Source of the DNA: Nanobdellota archaeon
GTDB taxonomy: Archaea; Nanobdellota; Nanobdellia; Pacearchaeales; GW2011-AR1
NCBI GenBank assembly: GCA_030647125.1
Contig: JAUSKC010000013.1
Coordinates: forward strand, 2,249 to 66,248
DNA length: 64,000 nt
Direction of reading: 5' to 3'
This document shows positions 29,920 through 40,009 of the stretch, piece by piece (the first letter of the stretch is position 1; each line of letters begins with the position of its first letter). The position numbers and the translations under genes were made by a program. The notes beneath the pieces were generated by a model. The model saw only the letters and a program-made list of their open reading frames with translations. It searched no databases and was not told the origin of the DNA.

Positions 29920-30363
29920 CTAATTCAAACATTTAGGAAGTTTAACTTTATTTCTTTTCCTTCTTGTGATAAAACTATAAATTAAATCTGTAAAACATTC
30001 AACTTCTCCATCTTCCAAACTAACTCTTTTGAACCTTTTATTTGATTCTTCAACAGATTTTACTCTTTGTGAAAATCCTTTACTCAAATCTTTACCTGAA
30101 AAATAAGGTTTTTTATCTTTTTCAAAAGGAATAATCATCACTCTTCCTTCTAATGTTTCAATAACATCTCCCCTACCTAAACGAATTCCGTTATCATTAC
30201 TTATTATTACTGCAGCAAGATCGTAAATATTATACATAGAAAAAATTGTACCGTCCTCGCATTCAAAATAATAAGAATAAGGATGCCCATCTTCTTCATC
30301 GACAGGAAGTTTCTTATACAGAACGTAAGTGTCTCGTCTCACAAATGCCCAACAAAAAAACAC
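29920..30363 (-). CDS. hypothetical protein
   Basis: 147-aa ORF upstream of the DHH gene on the same strand. Confidence 0.3.
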   Translation of the reverse strand: MFFCWAFVRRDTYVLYKKLPVDEEDGHPYSYYFECEDGTIFSMYNIYDLAAVIISNDNGIRLGRGDVIETLEGRVMIIPFEKDKKPYFSGKDLSKGFSQRVKSVEESNKRFKRVSLEDGEVECFTDLIYSFITRRKRNKVKLPKCLN

Positions 30364-30393
30364 TATATATAGATTATTATAAAAAAGTAGATA

Positions 30394-31437
30394 TCAAATC
30401 CCTTTTTCAATTCTCTCTCTAAATAATTCTAAATCCTCCAAGCGCACTTTCGCCCCGACGGCATCTTCATGCCCTCCCCCAGTTGCGCCTTCTAATCCAT
30501 CAATCGCTTTAAGAATAACCTTCTTAACGTTTTTCCCTCGAACAGAAATATTTGCTTTAATTCCTGTAACATAAACAACAATAACTATTTTTTCTGGAAA
30601 CAAGTACATTAATTCATTTGACAAATCAGAACTTATGCTCAAATCCCCTCCATACTGGAAAAACAAAATCTTATTTTCTTTATTGTAAACCTCTTTTGCT
30701 TTTTCAATTAATTTTCTATAACGCACCTCAATTTGGTCGAACTTGCTATGCATAGAATAATTTTTATTATTTGATTCTAGAACATCTCCCGGACTTCGCG
30801 CTTTCATAAGATATTTTATCATTGAAACAACATTTGTCGTGCTGTCTTTCAAGCCAAAATTAAAAATTCGCGCAACTCTTCCAATTTCAGTGGTGTAAAA
30901 AACTTCAAAAGCATTTTTTGTCTTAACTCCCAATTCAGGGAAGTTCTTTAAAAAATCCTTGTAAAAGGAAGGCATATAACTGTCAGAAATGCACCCTACA
31001 ACCGCAATCCACAAGTCCTCTTTTCTTGTTTTTTTAACAACTTGCCAGCACAAAGCCGTCGTCGGTTCAGAACTCTTTTTCTTGTTCAAAACTGGATTAT
31101 AATAATGCACAAATTCAGGAACAACAGAATCAACATCATGATGATCAATCCACACAACAGGGATATTAACTTTTTCAACTTCATCAAAAAATTCCTTTGA
31201 CACAAGCGGCTTATCAAGAATAAAAATATAATCAGCTTTTAATTCCACAACTCTCCTAAAATAATCCTTAGACATTTCCGGGAACGAACGAACTGGAACT
31301 CCCTTGCCTCTTCCTAAAAACCTTTGCAGCAGCAAAAAAGCGCTTAGTCCATCCGCATCATTGTCAAAAAAGAAAACTGGATTTTGCGCTTTGGCCAAAT
31401 GCCCGTTAATTTCATCAACTTGTTTTTTCGTTAACAT
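30394..31437 (-). CDS. stand-alone DHH-DHHA1 phosphoesterase (NrnA/Pde2-like)
   Basis: DHH motifs FFFDNDADGLSA and WIDHHDV; DHHA1 GGGH motif ATGGGHEDAVGAKV. Confidence 0.75.
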   Translation of the reverse strand: MLTKKQVDEINGHLAKAQNPVFFFDNDADGLSAFLLLQRFLGRGKGVPVRSFPEMSKDYFRRVVELKADYIFILDKPLVSKEFFDEVEKVNIPVVWIDHHDVDSVVPEFVHYYNPVLNKKKSSEPTTALCWQVVKKTRKEDLWIAVVGCISDSYMPSFYKDFLKNFPELGVKTKNAFEVFYTTEIGRVARIFNFGLKDSTTNVVSMIKYLMKARSPGDVLESNNKNYSMHSKFDQIEVRYRKLIEKAKEVYNKENKILFFQYGGDLSISSDLSNELMYLFPEKIVIVVYVTGIKANISVRGKNVKKVILKAIDGLEGATGGGHEDAVGAKVRLEDLELFRERIEKGI

Positions 31438-32540
31438 TATATCTTCTTACCAACCATAATCTTTTCTTTCAAGCTGTTAATCTCTTTATTGAAAAATTCA
31501 ACCATCTCTTCGCTTCCAAAGATTTCCAAAAGCTCGTCGTTATCAGCTGCTAGAGTTCTGTCAAGCGTTTTGAACTTTGAAATTAAAGCGGTTGTATATC
31601 GCTCAAGCAAATTTGTTCTCCCCAAGATTCTCAAGCCCGAAGGACTGACTGATTCGTCATGCAGCTCTTCAAAAAGCATTCGTGAAATATTATTACTCTC
31701 GAGCAGAAAATCAAAATTAAATTTATCTAAAGTATTCGCCTTATTATTCCATTCATTTCCAAAATAATCTTTTAAAAGAATTTCCTCCTCTTTTCCTAAA
31801 TTTCCTGTCAATTCTTTAAGTCGCATACTTACAATCATCCCTTCCTTTCCAAGTTCAATCAAATATCTTTTTACAATTTCAGAAATTCTTTTTATAATTT
31901 CAAGTCGCTGCAAAACATTCGAAACATCTTCTATAGTTACCAACCCATTAATTTCAAGAATGTTAAAATTAGACATTAAATCATTAAAAGTCTCCCTTTG
32001 TTTTTCCAGAATTTGCAACGTCTCAGCCGCTCTTCTTAAAATTTCAGAGCTGTGATCAAGTTCATATTTCATATCACTATAATACAAAGAAATTTTATTT
32101 TTTCTTTCAGAGACAGCAATTACAATTGTTTTTGCTTTCTTCGCGGTCCTTTCAGCCGCCTTATGCCGCGTTCCCGTCTCTCTCGTCGGAATGTCAACTC
32201 CAGGGAAAAGCAAGGTATTTCCAAATAAAATTCTTTTTCCGTCATTGCTTAAAATTATTGCCCCATCCATCTTGCACAATTCAACCAACTTTTGCGCGCT
32301 GAATTTTGAATTTATTTTAAAACCCCCATCTGCAAGATCAAGAACATTTCCATTGTCAAAGACAATCAGCGCACCCATTCTTGCTCTTAACAAATCATCC
32401 AACCCCGTCCTTAATGAAGTTCCTGGCGCGAACATCTTAAGCACGTCGACAAAGTCCTTTTCTTTTTCAAAATTCTTAAGAGGATTCTCTGTAACAACAA
32501 TCTCCTGCACCTCTTTAATATCAGAATTATTTTCTTCCAT
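31437..32540 (-). CDS. disA: DisA-like diadenylate cyclase (DAC domain + C-terminal helical region)
   Basis: DAC motifs DGAIILSNDG and GTRHKAAERTA with TIVIAVSE; 1-nt overlap with the DHH gene. Confidence 0.7.
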   Translation of the reverse strand: MEENNSDIKEVQEIVVTENPLKNFEKEKDFVDVLKMFAPGTSLRTGLDDLLRARMGALIVFDNGNVLDLADGGFKINSKFSAQKLVELCKMDGAIILSNDGKRILFGNTLLFPGVDIPTRETGTRHKAAERTAKKAKTIVIAVSERKNKISLYYSDMKYELDHSSEILRRAAETLQILEKQRETFNDLMSNFNILEINGLVTIEDVSNVLQRLEIIKRISEIVKRYLIELGKEGMIVSMRLKELTGNLGKEEEILLKDYFGNEWNNKANTLDKFNFDFLLESNNISRMLFEELHDESVSPSGLRILGRTNLLERYTTALISKFKTLDRTLAADNDELLEIFGSEEMVEFFNKEINSLKEKIMVGKKI

Positions 32541-32615
32541 AATAAATTCAATAGTCCCTTATATTTAAATTTTATTAAACTTAAACCTTAAAAACGCATT
32601 CTAACTAAAAAAATC

Positions 32616-33617
32616 ATGGATTTGAAGAAAAAAATTGAAAATGCAAGAAAAGCCGTCTTCAAAAAAGCTGAGCAAGTACAAGGAGTCAAGATTCAAGGCC
32701 CGGATTTTAACAAAGAACTTTCAACAGAAGAAATTCTCAACTCTTACGAAGGAATAGGTTTCCAGGCATCAAATTTGGCGAAAGCAATAAAACTAGTTAA
32801 AAAAATGCGCGAAGAAAAAGCGACAATCTTTCTTGCGTACACTTCAGGGATGATAAGTTCAGGAATTAGGGATGTAATCCGTTACCTCGTGCAAAACAAG
32901 TTTGTCGACGTTCTTATAACAACCACTGGCGGTCTGGAAGAGGACTTGATAAAATGCTTAAAGCCGTTTGTCCTAGGAAAATTCGACGAGCCAGGAAAGA
33001 ATTTAAGAGAAAAAGGAGTTAACAGAATTGGAAATATCTTCGTGCCAAACGATCGTTATGTAATGTACGAGGATTGGATAAACCCCCAACTAAAAGAAAT
33101 TCTAAAAATGCAGAAATCAGGCGAAAACATAACTCCTTCAAAAATTGTCTCGTTTTTGGGAGAAAAGATAAACAATCCCGAATCGGTCTATTACTGGGCT
33201 GCAAAAAATAAAATTCCTGTCTTCATGCCTGCTCCTTTAGATGGTTCAACTGGAGACATGGTTTATTTCTTTAAGCAGTCAAATCCTGAATTCAAAATTG
33301 ACGTAACGGATGATTTAAAACAATTAATTGATATTGCAATAAACGCTGACAAAACAGGAATGATAATTTTAGGTGCAGGAGTAATAAAACACGCTGTCTG
33401 CAATGCAAACCTTTTCCGTGATGGAGCGGACTACGCTGTTTACATAAACGCCGCGCAAGAATTTGACGGCTCCGACTCGGGAGCAACTCCTGAAGAAGCG
33501 ATCTCATGGGGTAAAATCAAAGGCAACAAAGATAATTACGTAAAGATCTATTCAGATGCAACTCTTGTTTTTCCTTTAATTGTCGCATCAGCATTCAATA
33601 AGAGTAGTAAAAAATAA
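32616..33617 (+). CDS. dys: deoxyhypusine synthase
   Basis: GGLEEDLIKC, ILGAGVIKH and C-terminal ISWGKIK catalytic-lysine region. Confidence 0.8.
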   Translation: MDLKKKIENARKAVFKKAEQVQGVKIQGPDFNKELSTEEILNSYEGIGFQASNLAKAIKLVKKMREEKATIFLAYTSGMISSGIRDVIRYLVQNKFVDVLITTTGGLEEDLIKCLKPFVLGKFDEPGKNLREKGVNRIGNIFVPNDRYVMYEDWINPQLKEILKMQKSGENITPSKIVSFLGEKINNPESVYYWAAKNKIPVFMPAPLDGSTGDMVYFFKQSNPEFKIDVTDDLKQLIDIAINADKTGMIILGAGVIKHAVCNANLFRDGADYAVYINAAQEFDGSDSGATPEEAISWGKIKGNKDNYVKIYSDATLVFPLIVASAFNKSSKK

Positions 33618-33671
33618 CCCATATTAAAGCAACAAAATCTTTTTAAACACAAATCAATCACTAGTTTTACA

Positions 33672-33872
33672 ATGAACAAATGGGCTGAAATACTAGTCGG
33701 ATTAATTCTGATTGCAGCAGCAATTCTCGTATGGGGATTCTCACCTCAATGGGGAAGCTTCTGGAATTTTGGAAACGCAGCATGGGAATTTTTCAAAGGA
33801 GGATTAATTTGGTTTGTAATCCTCATTGGACTTTTATTCCTTATGCTCGGAATTTCTGATTTAAAAGAATAA
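33672..33872 (+). CDS. small two-helix membrane protein
   Basis: 66-aa ORF, two hydrophobic helices. Confidence 0.25.
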   Translation: MNKWAEILVGLILIAAAILVWGFSPQWGSFWNFGNAAWEFFKGGLIWFVILIGLLFLMLGISDLKE

Positions 33873-33907
33873 TTCTAAAAATCTAAAAAATAAAATAGAT
33901 AATCTTC

Positions 33908-34120
33908 TTACTGAAAAGTTCTTATCAAAACCCAAACTCCGCCAATTGCAATCAATAAATAAATTATTGCAGCAACCCAAGGCAATCCACTAAGAAACAA
34001 ACTTACCAAATCCCAACTATAATCAATTGCGCCAAAACTTTTCAAACCAACTAAACCCCAGTTTAAAGCGCCGACCGCGGCAAGAATCATTAAAGTTTTA
34101 TCTAACCAACCCATCTTCAC
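33908..34120 (-). CDS. DUF378-family small membrane protein
   Basis: LDKTLMILAAVGALNWGLVGL motif typical of DUF378. Confidence 0.5.
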   Translation of the reverse strand: MKMGWLDKTLMILAAVGALNWGLVGLKSFGAIDYSWDLVSLFLSGLPWVAAIIYLLIAIGGVWVLIRTFQ

Positions 34121-34168
34121 ACTCCTAAATTAACTATAAATTAACAAAAATAAAAAAACCAAATTTGT

Positions 34169-34315
34169 TTACTCTGAACCAAATCCGCCAATTACCGCTA
34201 AAACACCACCAACCAAAGGTAGCCAGTAATGGTTATTAGCATCAGTTGCGACAAATTGACCAACAACAGCAACAATACCACCAACAACAGCAGTCCATTT
34301 TCCCCACGCAGCCAT
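34169..34315 (-). CDS. small glycine-zipper membrane peptide (48 aa)
   Basis: MAAWGKWTAVVGGIVAVVGQFVATDANNHYWLPLVGGVLAVIGGFGSE; below ORF-track cutoff. Confidence 0.3.
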   Translation of the reverse strand: MAAWGKWTAVVGGIVAVVGQFVATDANNHYWLPLVGGVLAVIGGFGSE

Positions 34316-34377
34316 CTTATTTAACCTCCATTTTAATTTTATTAAAAATAATAAGAAAAACCCATATATAAATATAA

Positions 34378-34986
34378 CTAATTTCCAGCAATACTAATTA
34401 AAATTCCTTCAATTATCGCAGCGACAATCAAAAGAGGAATCACAATTAAAATAAAAACCCTTAATGAATTAACAAAATAATATTTCCAATCTTTGTCGTT
34501 TCTTTCGATAAAGAACAATCCAAGCCGCAAGCCAAGCCCAAATGAAATGAAAACTGCAGGCAATTCAAAAATTCCATGAGGAAAAAGCCGCCACAAACTA
34601 AAAATGCTTTCTTTTCCTATTACAATCTTCGACACAAATCCCAATAAATAACCATTAAACACCGTCGCTAAAAACGGAAACAATCCTAAAAGTGCCCCAA
34701 AAACAATTCCAAAGAAACTCGCCTGCAAATTATTCCAAAAGATAAATCCAATCAAATCAAGCCCTTTCAACCCTTCTGTTTTCGCAACAAGCTCTTTCAA
34801 AACATCCATAAGTTTCCCTTCAAGTCCAAAAGGCACCGGGAAGAACAATCCAATTAAAGAAAAAAGAAAAAACAGGATTACAATACTCCAAATATATTTT
34901 TGTGATTCTTTAATATAATTCCAAGAAAGTTTATATTGGCCTAATAAAGAAGTTTTTTTCTTTTTTAAGATTCTTTTATTTGCCAT
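34378..34986 (-). CDS. SpoIIM-like/DUF95 membrane protein
   Basis: Several TM helices with conserved ELPAVFISFGLGLRLG-type segment. Confidence 0.4.
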   Translation of the reverse strand: MANKRILKKKKTSLLGQYKLSWNYIKESQKYIWSIVILFFLFSLIGLFFPVPFGLEGKLMDVLKELVAKTEGLKGLDLIGFIFWNNLQASFFGIVFGALLGLFPFLATVFNGYLLGFVSKIVIGKESIFSLWRLFPHGIFELPAVFISFGLGLRLGLFFIERNDKDWKYYFVNSLRVFILIVIPLLIVAAIIEGILISIAGN

Positions 34987-35070
34987 AAATTAATTTAGTA
35001 AAAATCATTTATTAATGTTGTTAATTAATATTATCAAATTCTAAAAAAGAGGGGATGATATATAAATTAT

Positions 35071-35757
35071 TTAACTAAACATTTTTGAAATATTCTTAAC
35101 TTTATTTGGATATTTGTTTCTTAAATAAATTCCGTAAATCAAACCAACAATTAAACCGCCGAAATGTGCTGTGTTTCCAATTGGAATTTGCTGTCCTCCG
35201 AAAGCAATCGGAGTAACTGAAATTAACCAAAGCAAAACCAAAAGCCCGGGCGCAGCATATTTCATTTTGACAGGAATCGGAATGAACATTACATAAACTG
35301 GAAGATCTGGAGTAATAAGAACTAACATCCCCACCAAAGCAAAAATTGCCCCTGACGCACCCACCGCATAAGCAGACATATCTGAAGTGAAAAACATTGA
35401 AGATAAAACAAAAAATAATCCAGCCAAAATTCCTGAAATCATATAAAACCAAAAGTATCTCTTTCTTCCTATAATTCTTTCAACTAAGCCGCCTATAAAA
35501 AATAACGAGATCATATTTGCAAACAAATGAAAAAAACCCCCGTGCATAAACATACTAGTCAAGAATGTCCAAAGATATTTTCCTTGCAGAATATTAGACG
35601 GACGAAGAGCAATGTAATCAATTGGAATCTTCCCTGTAAGAACTAAAACACTGAACAAACCAAAACAAAGAACGGTTACTAAAATTAAAATAGCGTTAAC
35701 ACTCAAAATAGAAAAAATATTTCTCTTTCGTTGTGGATAAATTTGATAAATAGCCAT
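35071..35757 (-). CDS. rhomboid-family intramembrane serine protease
   Basis: MFMHGGFFHLFANM (HxxxN), GASGAIFALVG (GxSG), downstream His in the last TM. Confidence 0.8.
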   Translation of the reverse strand: MAIYQIYPQRKRNIFSILSVNAILILVTVLCFGLFSVLVLTGKIPIDYIALRPSNILQGKYLWTFLTSMFMHGGFFHLFANMISLFFIGGLVERIIGRKRYFWFYMISGILAGLFFVLSSMFFTSDMSAYAVGASGAIFALVGMLVLITPDLPVYVMFIPIPVKMKYAAPGLLVLLWLISVTPIAFGGQQIPIGNTAHFGGLIVGLIYGIYLRNKYPNKVKNISKMFS

Positions 35758-35789
35758 ATTAATTATTACAAAAGAATAATTTTAAACCT

Positions 35790-36542
35790 TCACTTTTTTT
35801 TCTTTTTAATTTTACTAGTTTTCTTTGCCGATTTCTTTGAATTTTTCTTACTATTTTTCACTTGTTTTTTAGGAACTTTCTTTTCAATTTTCTTAGCTTT
35901 TTCCCGAATAGCATCTCTTTCAGCTTTCTTCTCCGCTTTTTTTACAGCCTTTTGTTTTTCTTCTTTTTTTACTTCTTTGTCCCTTTCCTTTCCCTTTTTT
36001 CCTTTTTCAATTTCAATTTCAACATCAATTCCTTTAAGTTCTTCCTTCAATTTTTCTTTTTTCCTTTCAAGATCTTTCAAAACTTTTGTATTGTCATGAA
36101 TAACAAGCAGCTTCCCACTTTCAGGACAGATAAAATTATAAGACAATGCTACTTCTTCAGTATATTCAACGCCGGTAATTTCAGAATAATAATACGTTTT
36201 GTTTTCCCTACTTTCAATTTGTCTGTCAATATTCTCTATTTTTCTTTGCATCATTCCTTTCAAAAATTCTAATGCTTTCAGAACTTCAATTCTCCAAAAG
36301 TAAGTATACCATCCTTTTTTCTTGTCCTTTTTTCTCATAGACGAAACAAGGCCATGTTCCGAAAGTTTATACAAAAGATTTCGCGTCTGATTTATTGTGA
36401 TATCAAGTTTTTTAGCAATTATAAATTCATTAACATGTTTCTTGCTGTCTAATAAATCTGCTATGGTCTCATACTGTTTTCCTATAACTGTCGCAACAAC
36501 TTCCTGGAGAATAATTTTTAACATTGTATTTTCAAAATTCAT
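35790..36542 (-). CDS. tfe: transcription factor E alpha (TFE/TFIIE-alpha-like) with Lys-rich C-terminal tail
   Basis: Winged helix with hallmark GWYTYFW; degenerate Zn-ribbon region (only one Cys, FICPESG); tail KKIEKKVPKKQVKNSKKNSKK... Confidence 0.7.
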   Translation of the reverse strand: MNFENTMLKIILQEVVATVIGKQYETIADLLDSKKHVNEFIIAKKLDITINQTRNLLYKLSEHGLVSSMRKKDKKKGWYTYFWRIEVLKALEFLKGMMQRKIENIDRQIESRENKTYYYSEITGVEYTEEVALSYNFICPESGKLLVIHDNTKVLKDLERKKEKLKEELKGIDVEIEIEKGKKGKERDKEVKKEEKQKAVKKAEKKAERDAIREKAKKIEKKVPKKQVKNSKKNSKKSAKKTSKIKKKKK

Positions 36543-36633
36543 TAATATAAAAACTTTACTTTATACACTAAAAAAATAAAAGTTTAAAAACATATGTTCT
36601 GTATCATACATATTAAAAAGAGAGTTTTAAAAA

Positions 36634-37236
36634 ATGGGGTTATTCGGGAAAAAAGAATCTGAAAGGAACATAAACGAGGAGGACCAAGCTCCTTCCTTGC
36701 CACGCCTGCCAGAGCTGCCGTCACTACCCGATTTTCCAGACGACAATTACAATAAAGAACCGCTGCAGCAACTTCCTTCTTATCCTTCAAACGCAACCGC
36801 TGATGCTTTCTCTCAAAACGCGATCAAAGACGCCATTGAAGGGGAAGAAGAGGAATGGAATGCTTCAGGTAATTCTACCGAGTATAGTCACGAAGAAATG
36901 CCTGAAGCTTCAAAAAAAATGAAAACAAAGGAAATACCAATGGTAAAAGGATTTAGCAAAAAATCAACTTACCAAATACCAAAAGGATTCAGCGAGGCAG
37001 CAAGAAAAGTAAAGGAAATAGAACCAATATTTATTCGCTTGGATAAATTTGAGGACTCACTAAAAGTTTTTCATGATACTCATGAAAAAATAAATGAAAT
37101 AGAAAAAATGCTCCATGAAATAAAGGCCTTAAAAGAGGAAGAAGAAAAAGAAATTGAATATTGGGAACAGGAATTAATAAACACAAAATCCCAAATAGAA
37201 AAAATCAACGACGATTTGTTTTCTAAGGTCGAATAA
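36634..37236 (+). CDS. hypothetical acidic coiled-coil protein
   Basis: 200-aa ORF, Pro-rich N-terminus, charged helical C-terminus. Confidence 0.3.
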   Translation: MGLFGKKESERNINEEDQAPSLPRLPELPSLPDFPDDNYNKEPLQQLPSYPSNATADAFSQNAIKDAIEGEEEEWNASGNSTEYSHEEMPEASKKMKTKEIPMVKGFSKKSTYQIPKGFSEAARKVKEIEPIFIRLDKFEDSLKVFHDTHEKINEIEKMLHEIKALKEEEEKEIEYWEQELINTKSQIEKINDDLFSKVE

Positions 37237-37237
37237 A

Positions 37238-37630
37238 ATGTCAGAGCAAAATCCAATTTATGTAATGTTTGAATACGAAGAAGCACTAAATAAAAAAAAG
37301 AATTTTCTCTTAATCGAGCAAAATCTTCTAAAAATTGCATTAACAATAAAAAACTACAAACTCTTACGTCTAGAGGAATTAAAAACAAAAGCAAAAATGC
37401 AGAAAACTTTGAGAGAAGTTCTAACCAATCTAACAAAACTCACTAATGACTTGCCTAAGATAAAAACTCCAAATGTTCTAAAGCATCATTTTGAACAATA
37501 TGAATCTGTTGAAGAGCAAAAGATCTCACCAAGAGAAAAGATAAAGACATCAAAAGAAATTAATGAAGACGAAGATATTGAATCCCAGATTCGTGAAATT
37601 CAAAACAAGCTAAAGCAGTTGAGGATTTAG
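37238..37630 (+). CDS. hypothetical coiled-coil protein
   Basis: Starts 2 nt after previous stop (coupled). Confidence 0.3.
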   Translation: MSEQNPIYVMFEYEEALNKKKNFLLIEQNLLKIALTIKNYKLLRLEELKTKAKMQKTLREVLTNLTKLTNDLPKIKTPNVLKHHFEQYESVEEQKISPREKIKTSKEINEDEDIESQIREIQNKLKQLRI

Positions 37631-37760
37631 ATAATTCTTTTGAAAGTTGACAATTAATAAACATCAGCAATCAAACGAAAAAGAGGTGATAAAATACATT
37701 AGGAGGACTAAATTACAACCAAGACATTATTTTTATAAACTAAATACTCATTTCTAAATT

Positions 37761-39548
37761 ATGATAACTCGTCAAGAATTAATAAAGAAATATATTGAAT
37801 TTTTTAAGCATAAAGGGCATAAGCACATCCCTTCTGCATCGCTTATTCCTGAAAATGACCCTACAGTTTTATTCACAACAGCAGGAATGCACCCTTTAGT
37901 TCCTTTTCTTTTAGGACAATCACATCCTTTGGGAAAACGCCTTGTATCAGTTCAAAAATGTATCAGAACAGGCGACATTGAAGAAGTAGGGGACAAAGTT
38001 CATCACACTTTTTTTGAAATGTTGGGCAACTGGTCTTTAGGGGATTATTTTAAAGAAGACGCAATAAAATTCTCTTTCGAGTTCCTGACAAAAGAACTAA
38101 AAATTCCTTTAGAAAAATTAGCAGTAACTTGCTTTGTTGGAGATAAAAACGCAGGAAAAGATATTGAGTCCTCAAAAATCTGGAAATCTCTAGGAATCAA
38201 AGATGAAAGAATTGCTTTCTTGCCTAAAGAAAAAAATTGGTGGGGTCCCGCTGGCTTAACAGGCCCGTGTGGTCCTGATACAGAAATGTTTTATTGGAAG
38301 TCCAAAACAAAAAAAGTTCCAAAGGTCTTCAATCCTGAAGATGAAAATTGGGTTGAAATTTGGAATGATGTTTTTATGCAATACAACAAAAACAAATCCG
38401 GAAAGTACGAGCCATTAAAACAAAAAAATGTTGATACTGGAATGGGAGTTGAAAGAACTTTAACAATCTTAAATGAATTGGAAGACAATTATCAAAGTTC
38501 AATCTTCAAACCAATAATTTCTGAAATTGAAAAGATATCAAAAAAGAAATACAAATCATCAGATTCTGACGACGATAAGTCAATGAGAATTGTAGCAGAC
38601 CATATTAGAACAGCAACATTTATACTTGGAGAAGAAAAACACCTAACGCCTTCTAACACCGACCAAGGTTACGTTTTAAGAAGATTAATCCGAAGAGCAA
38701 TCCGTTTTGGAAGACAACTTGGCATAAAAGAAAATTTCACTTCACAAATTTCAAAAATAATAGTTCATGAATATACAGACTATCCAGAATTAGCAAGAAA
38801 TCACAAGTCAATAACTTCCGCACTTGATGAAGAAGAATTGCGTTTCCTTGAAACGCTTGAAAAAGGCCTAAAAAAGTTTAACCAATTTGTAGAGGAATTC
38901 AAAAAAATAATTCCCGGAAAAGAAGCTTTCTTATTATTTCAGTCATACGGATTTCCAATTGAAATGACTCAAGAACTAGCCGATGAAAAAGGAATTGAAG
39001 TCGACTTGGAAGAATATAATGAAGAATTCAAGAAACATCAAGATCTATCACGAACAATGTCCGCCGGCCGTTTCAAATCCGGACTTGCTGACGATTCAGA
39101 GGCAACTAAAAAACTTCACACTGCAACACACTTGCTAAATGAAGCGCTAAGACAAGTTCTAAAAGATAACAACATAAAACAGCGCGGTTCTAACATAACT
39201 CCAGAACGTTTGCGTTTTGACTTTAACTTTTCAAGAAAATTAACAGATGACGAACTAAAAAAAGTTGAGCAATGGGTAAATGACAAAATAAAAAAATCTC
39301 TTCCAGTAACAAGAGAAGAAATTCCTTTGACACAAGCAATGGCATCAGGAGCACAATCAGAATTCGGCTCAAAATATCCTGAACTAGTGTCTGTTTACAC
39401 AATAGGAAATCCAAAATCATTTATTTCAAAAGAAATCTGCACAGGCCCCCACGTTTCAAACACTTCAGAAATTGGGAATTTCAGAATAATAAAAGAAGAA
39501 TCCAGCGCAGCTGGAATCCGTCGTATCAAAGCAGTTATAAGTAATTAA
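37761..39548 (+). CDS. alaS: alanyl-tRNA synthetase, bacterial-type catalytic + editing domains, lacking C-Ala domain
   Basis: FTTAGMHPLVP (bacterial FTNAGM-type), WGPAG, editing HTATHLLNEALRQVL; ends right after the editing domain (...AGIRRIKAVISN). Confidence 0.85.
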   Translation: MITRQELIKKYIEFFKHKGHKHIPSASLIPENDPTVLFTTAGMHPLVPFLLGQSHPLGKRLVSVQKCIRTGDIEEVGDKVHHTFFEMLGNWSLGDYFKEDAIKFSFEFLTKELKIPLEKLAVTCFVGDKNAGKDIESSKIWKSLGIKDERIAFLPKEKNWWGPAGLTGPCGPDTEMFYWKSKTKKVPKVFNPEDENWVEIWNDVFMQYNKNKSGKYEPLKQKNVDTGMGVERTLTILNELEDNYQSSIFKPIISEIEKISKKKYKSSDSDDDKSMRIVADHIRTATFILGEEKHLTPSNTDQGYVLRRLIRRAIRFGRQLGIKENFTSQISKIIVHEYTDYPELARNHKSITSALDEEELRFLETLEKGLKKFNQFVEEFKKIIPGKEAFLLFQSYGFPIEMTQELADEKGIEVDLEEYNEEFKKHQDLSRTMSAGRFKSGLADDSEATKKLHTATHLLNEALRQVLKDNNIKQRGSNITPERLRFDFNFSRKLTDDELKKVEQWVNDKIKKSLPVTREEIPLTQAMASGAQSEFGSKYPELVSVYTIGNPKSFISKEICTGPHVSNTSEIGNFRIIKEESSAAGIRRIKAVISN

Positions 39549-39553
39549 AATCT

Positions 39554-39997
39554 CTAAAGAGCAACTACAACTTCATTAAGATGATGACTATAATACTTTT
39601 GAGCTTCTTCTTCAGCTTGATCTAAAATAGCTCTAATCCATCCATTACTCTCTTCTTTATGTAGTTCTGCATAATTTCTAGCATACCATATATCAAACCG
39701 AGTTATTTGACCAGAATCATTATAACCTTCTTCAGCACTATCCAAATCAGAATAATTATTATAAATCATAAAACCACTAAGCCATATAGCTTGGTGCAAC
39801 ATTCTATGATGTAAACCAAGAGGAATAGCGGAATCAATTCTTCCAATTAAATTAGAATGATAAAATTCAACTTCATTTTTAGAAGCCCTAGGAGTATCCC
39901 TAATCTCTCCCATTATTTTCATAAATTCTCTTGTAATTTCAGAATTAACATTCATATTATAAAAAATCAAAGTTAAGAACTTAATAAATATTTGCAA
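39554..39997 (-). CDS. hypothetical protein (possible HEPN-like Rx4-6H motif)
   Basis: 147 aa; RNYAELH segment fits Rx4-6H but no further support. Confidence 0.25.
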   Translation of the reverse strand: MQIFIKFLTLIFYNMNVNSEITREFMKIMGEIRDTPRASKNEVEFYHSNLIGRIDSAIPLGLHHRMLHQAIWLSGFMIYNNYSDLDSAEEGYNDSGQITRFDIWYARNYAELHKEESNGWIRAILDQAEEEAQKYYSHHLNEVVVAL

Positions 39998-40009
39998 TAT
40001 TCCTAAAAA

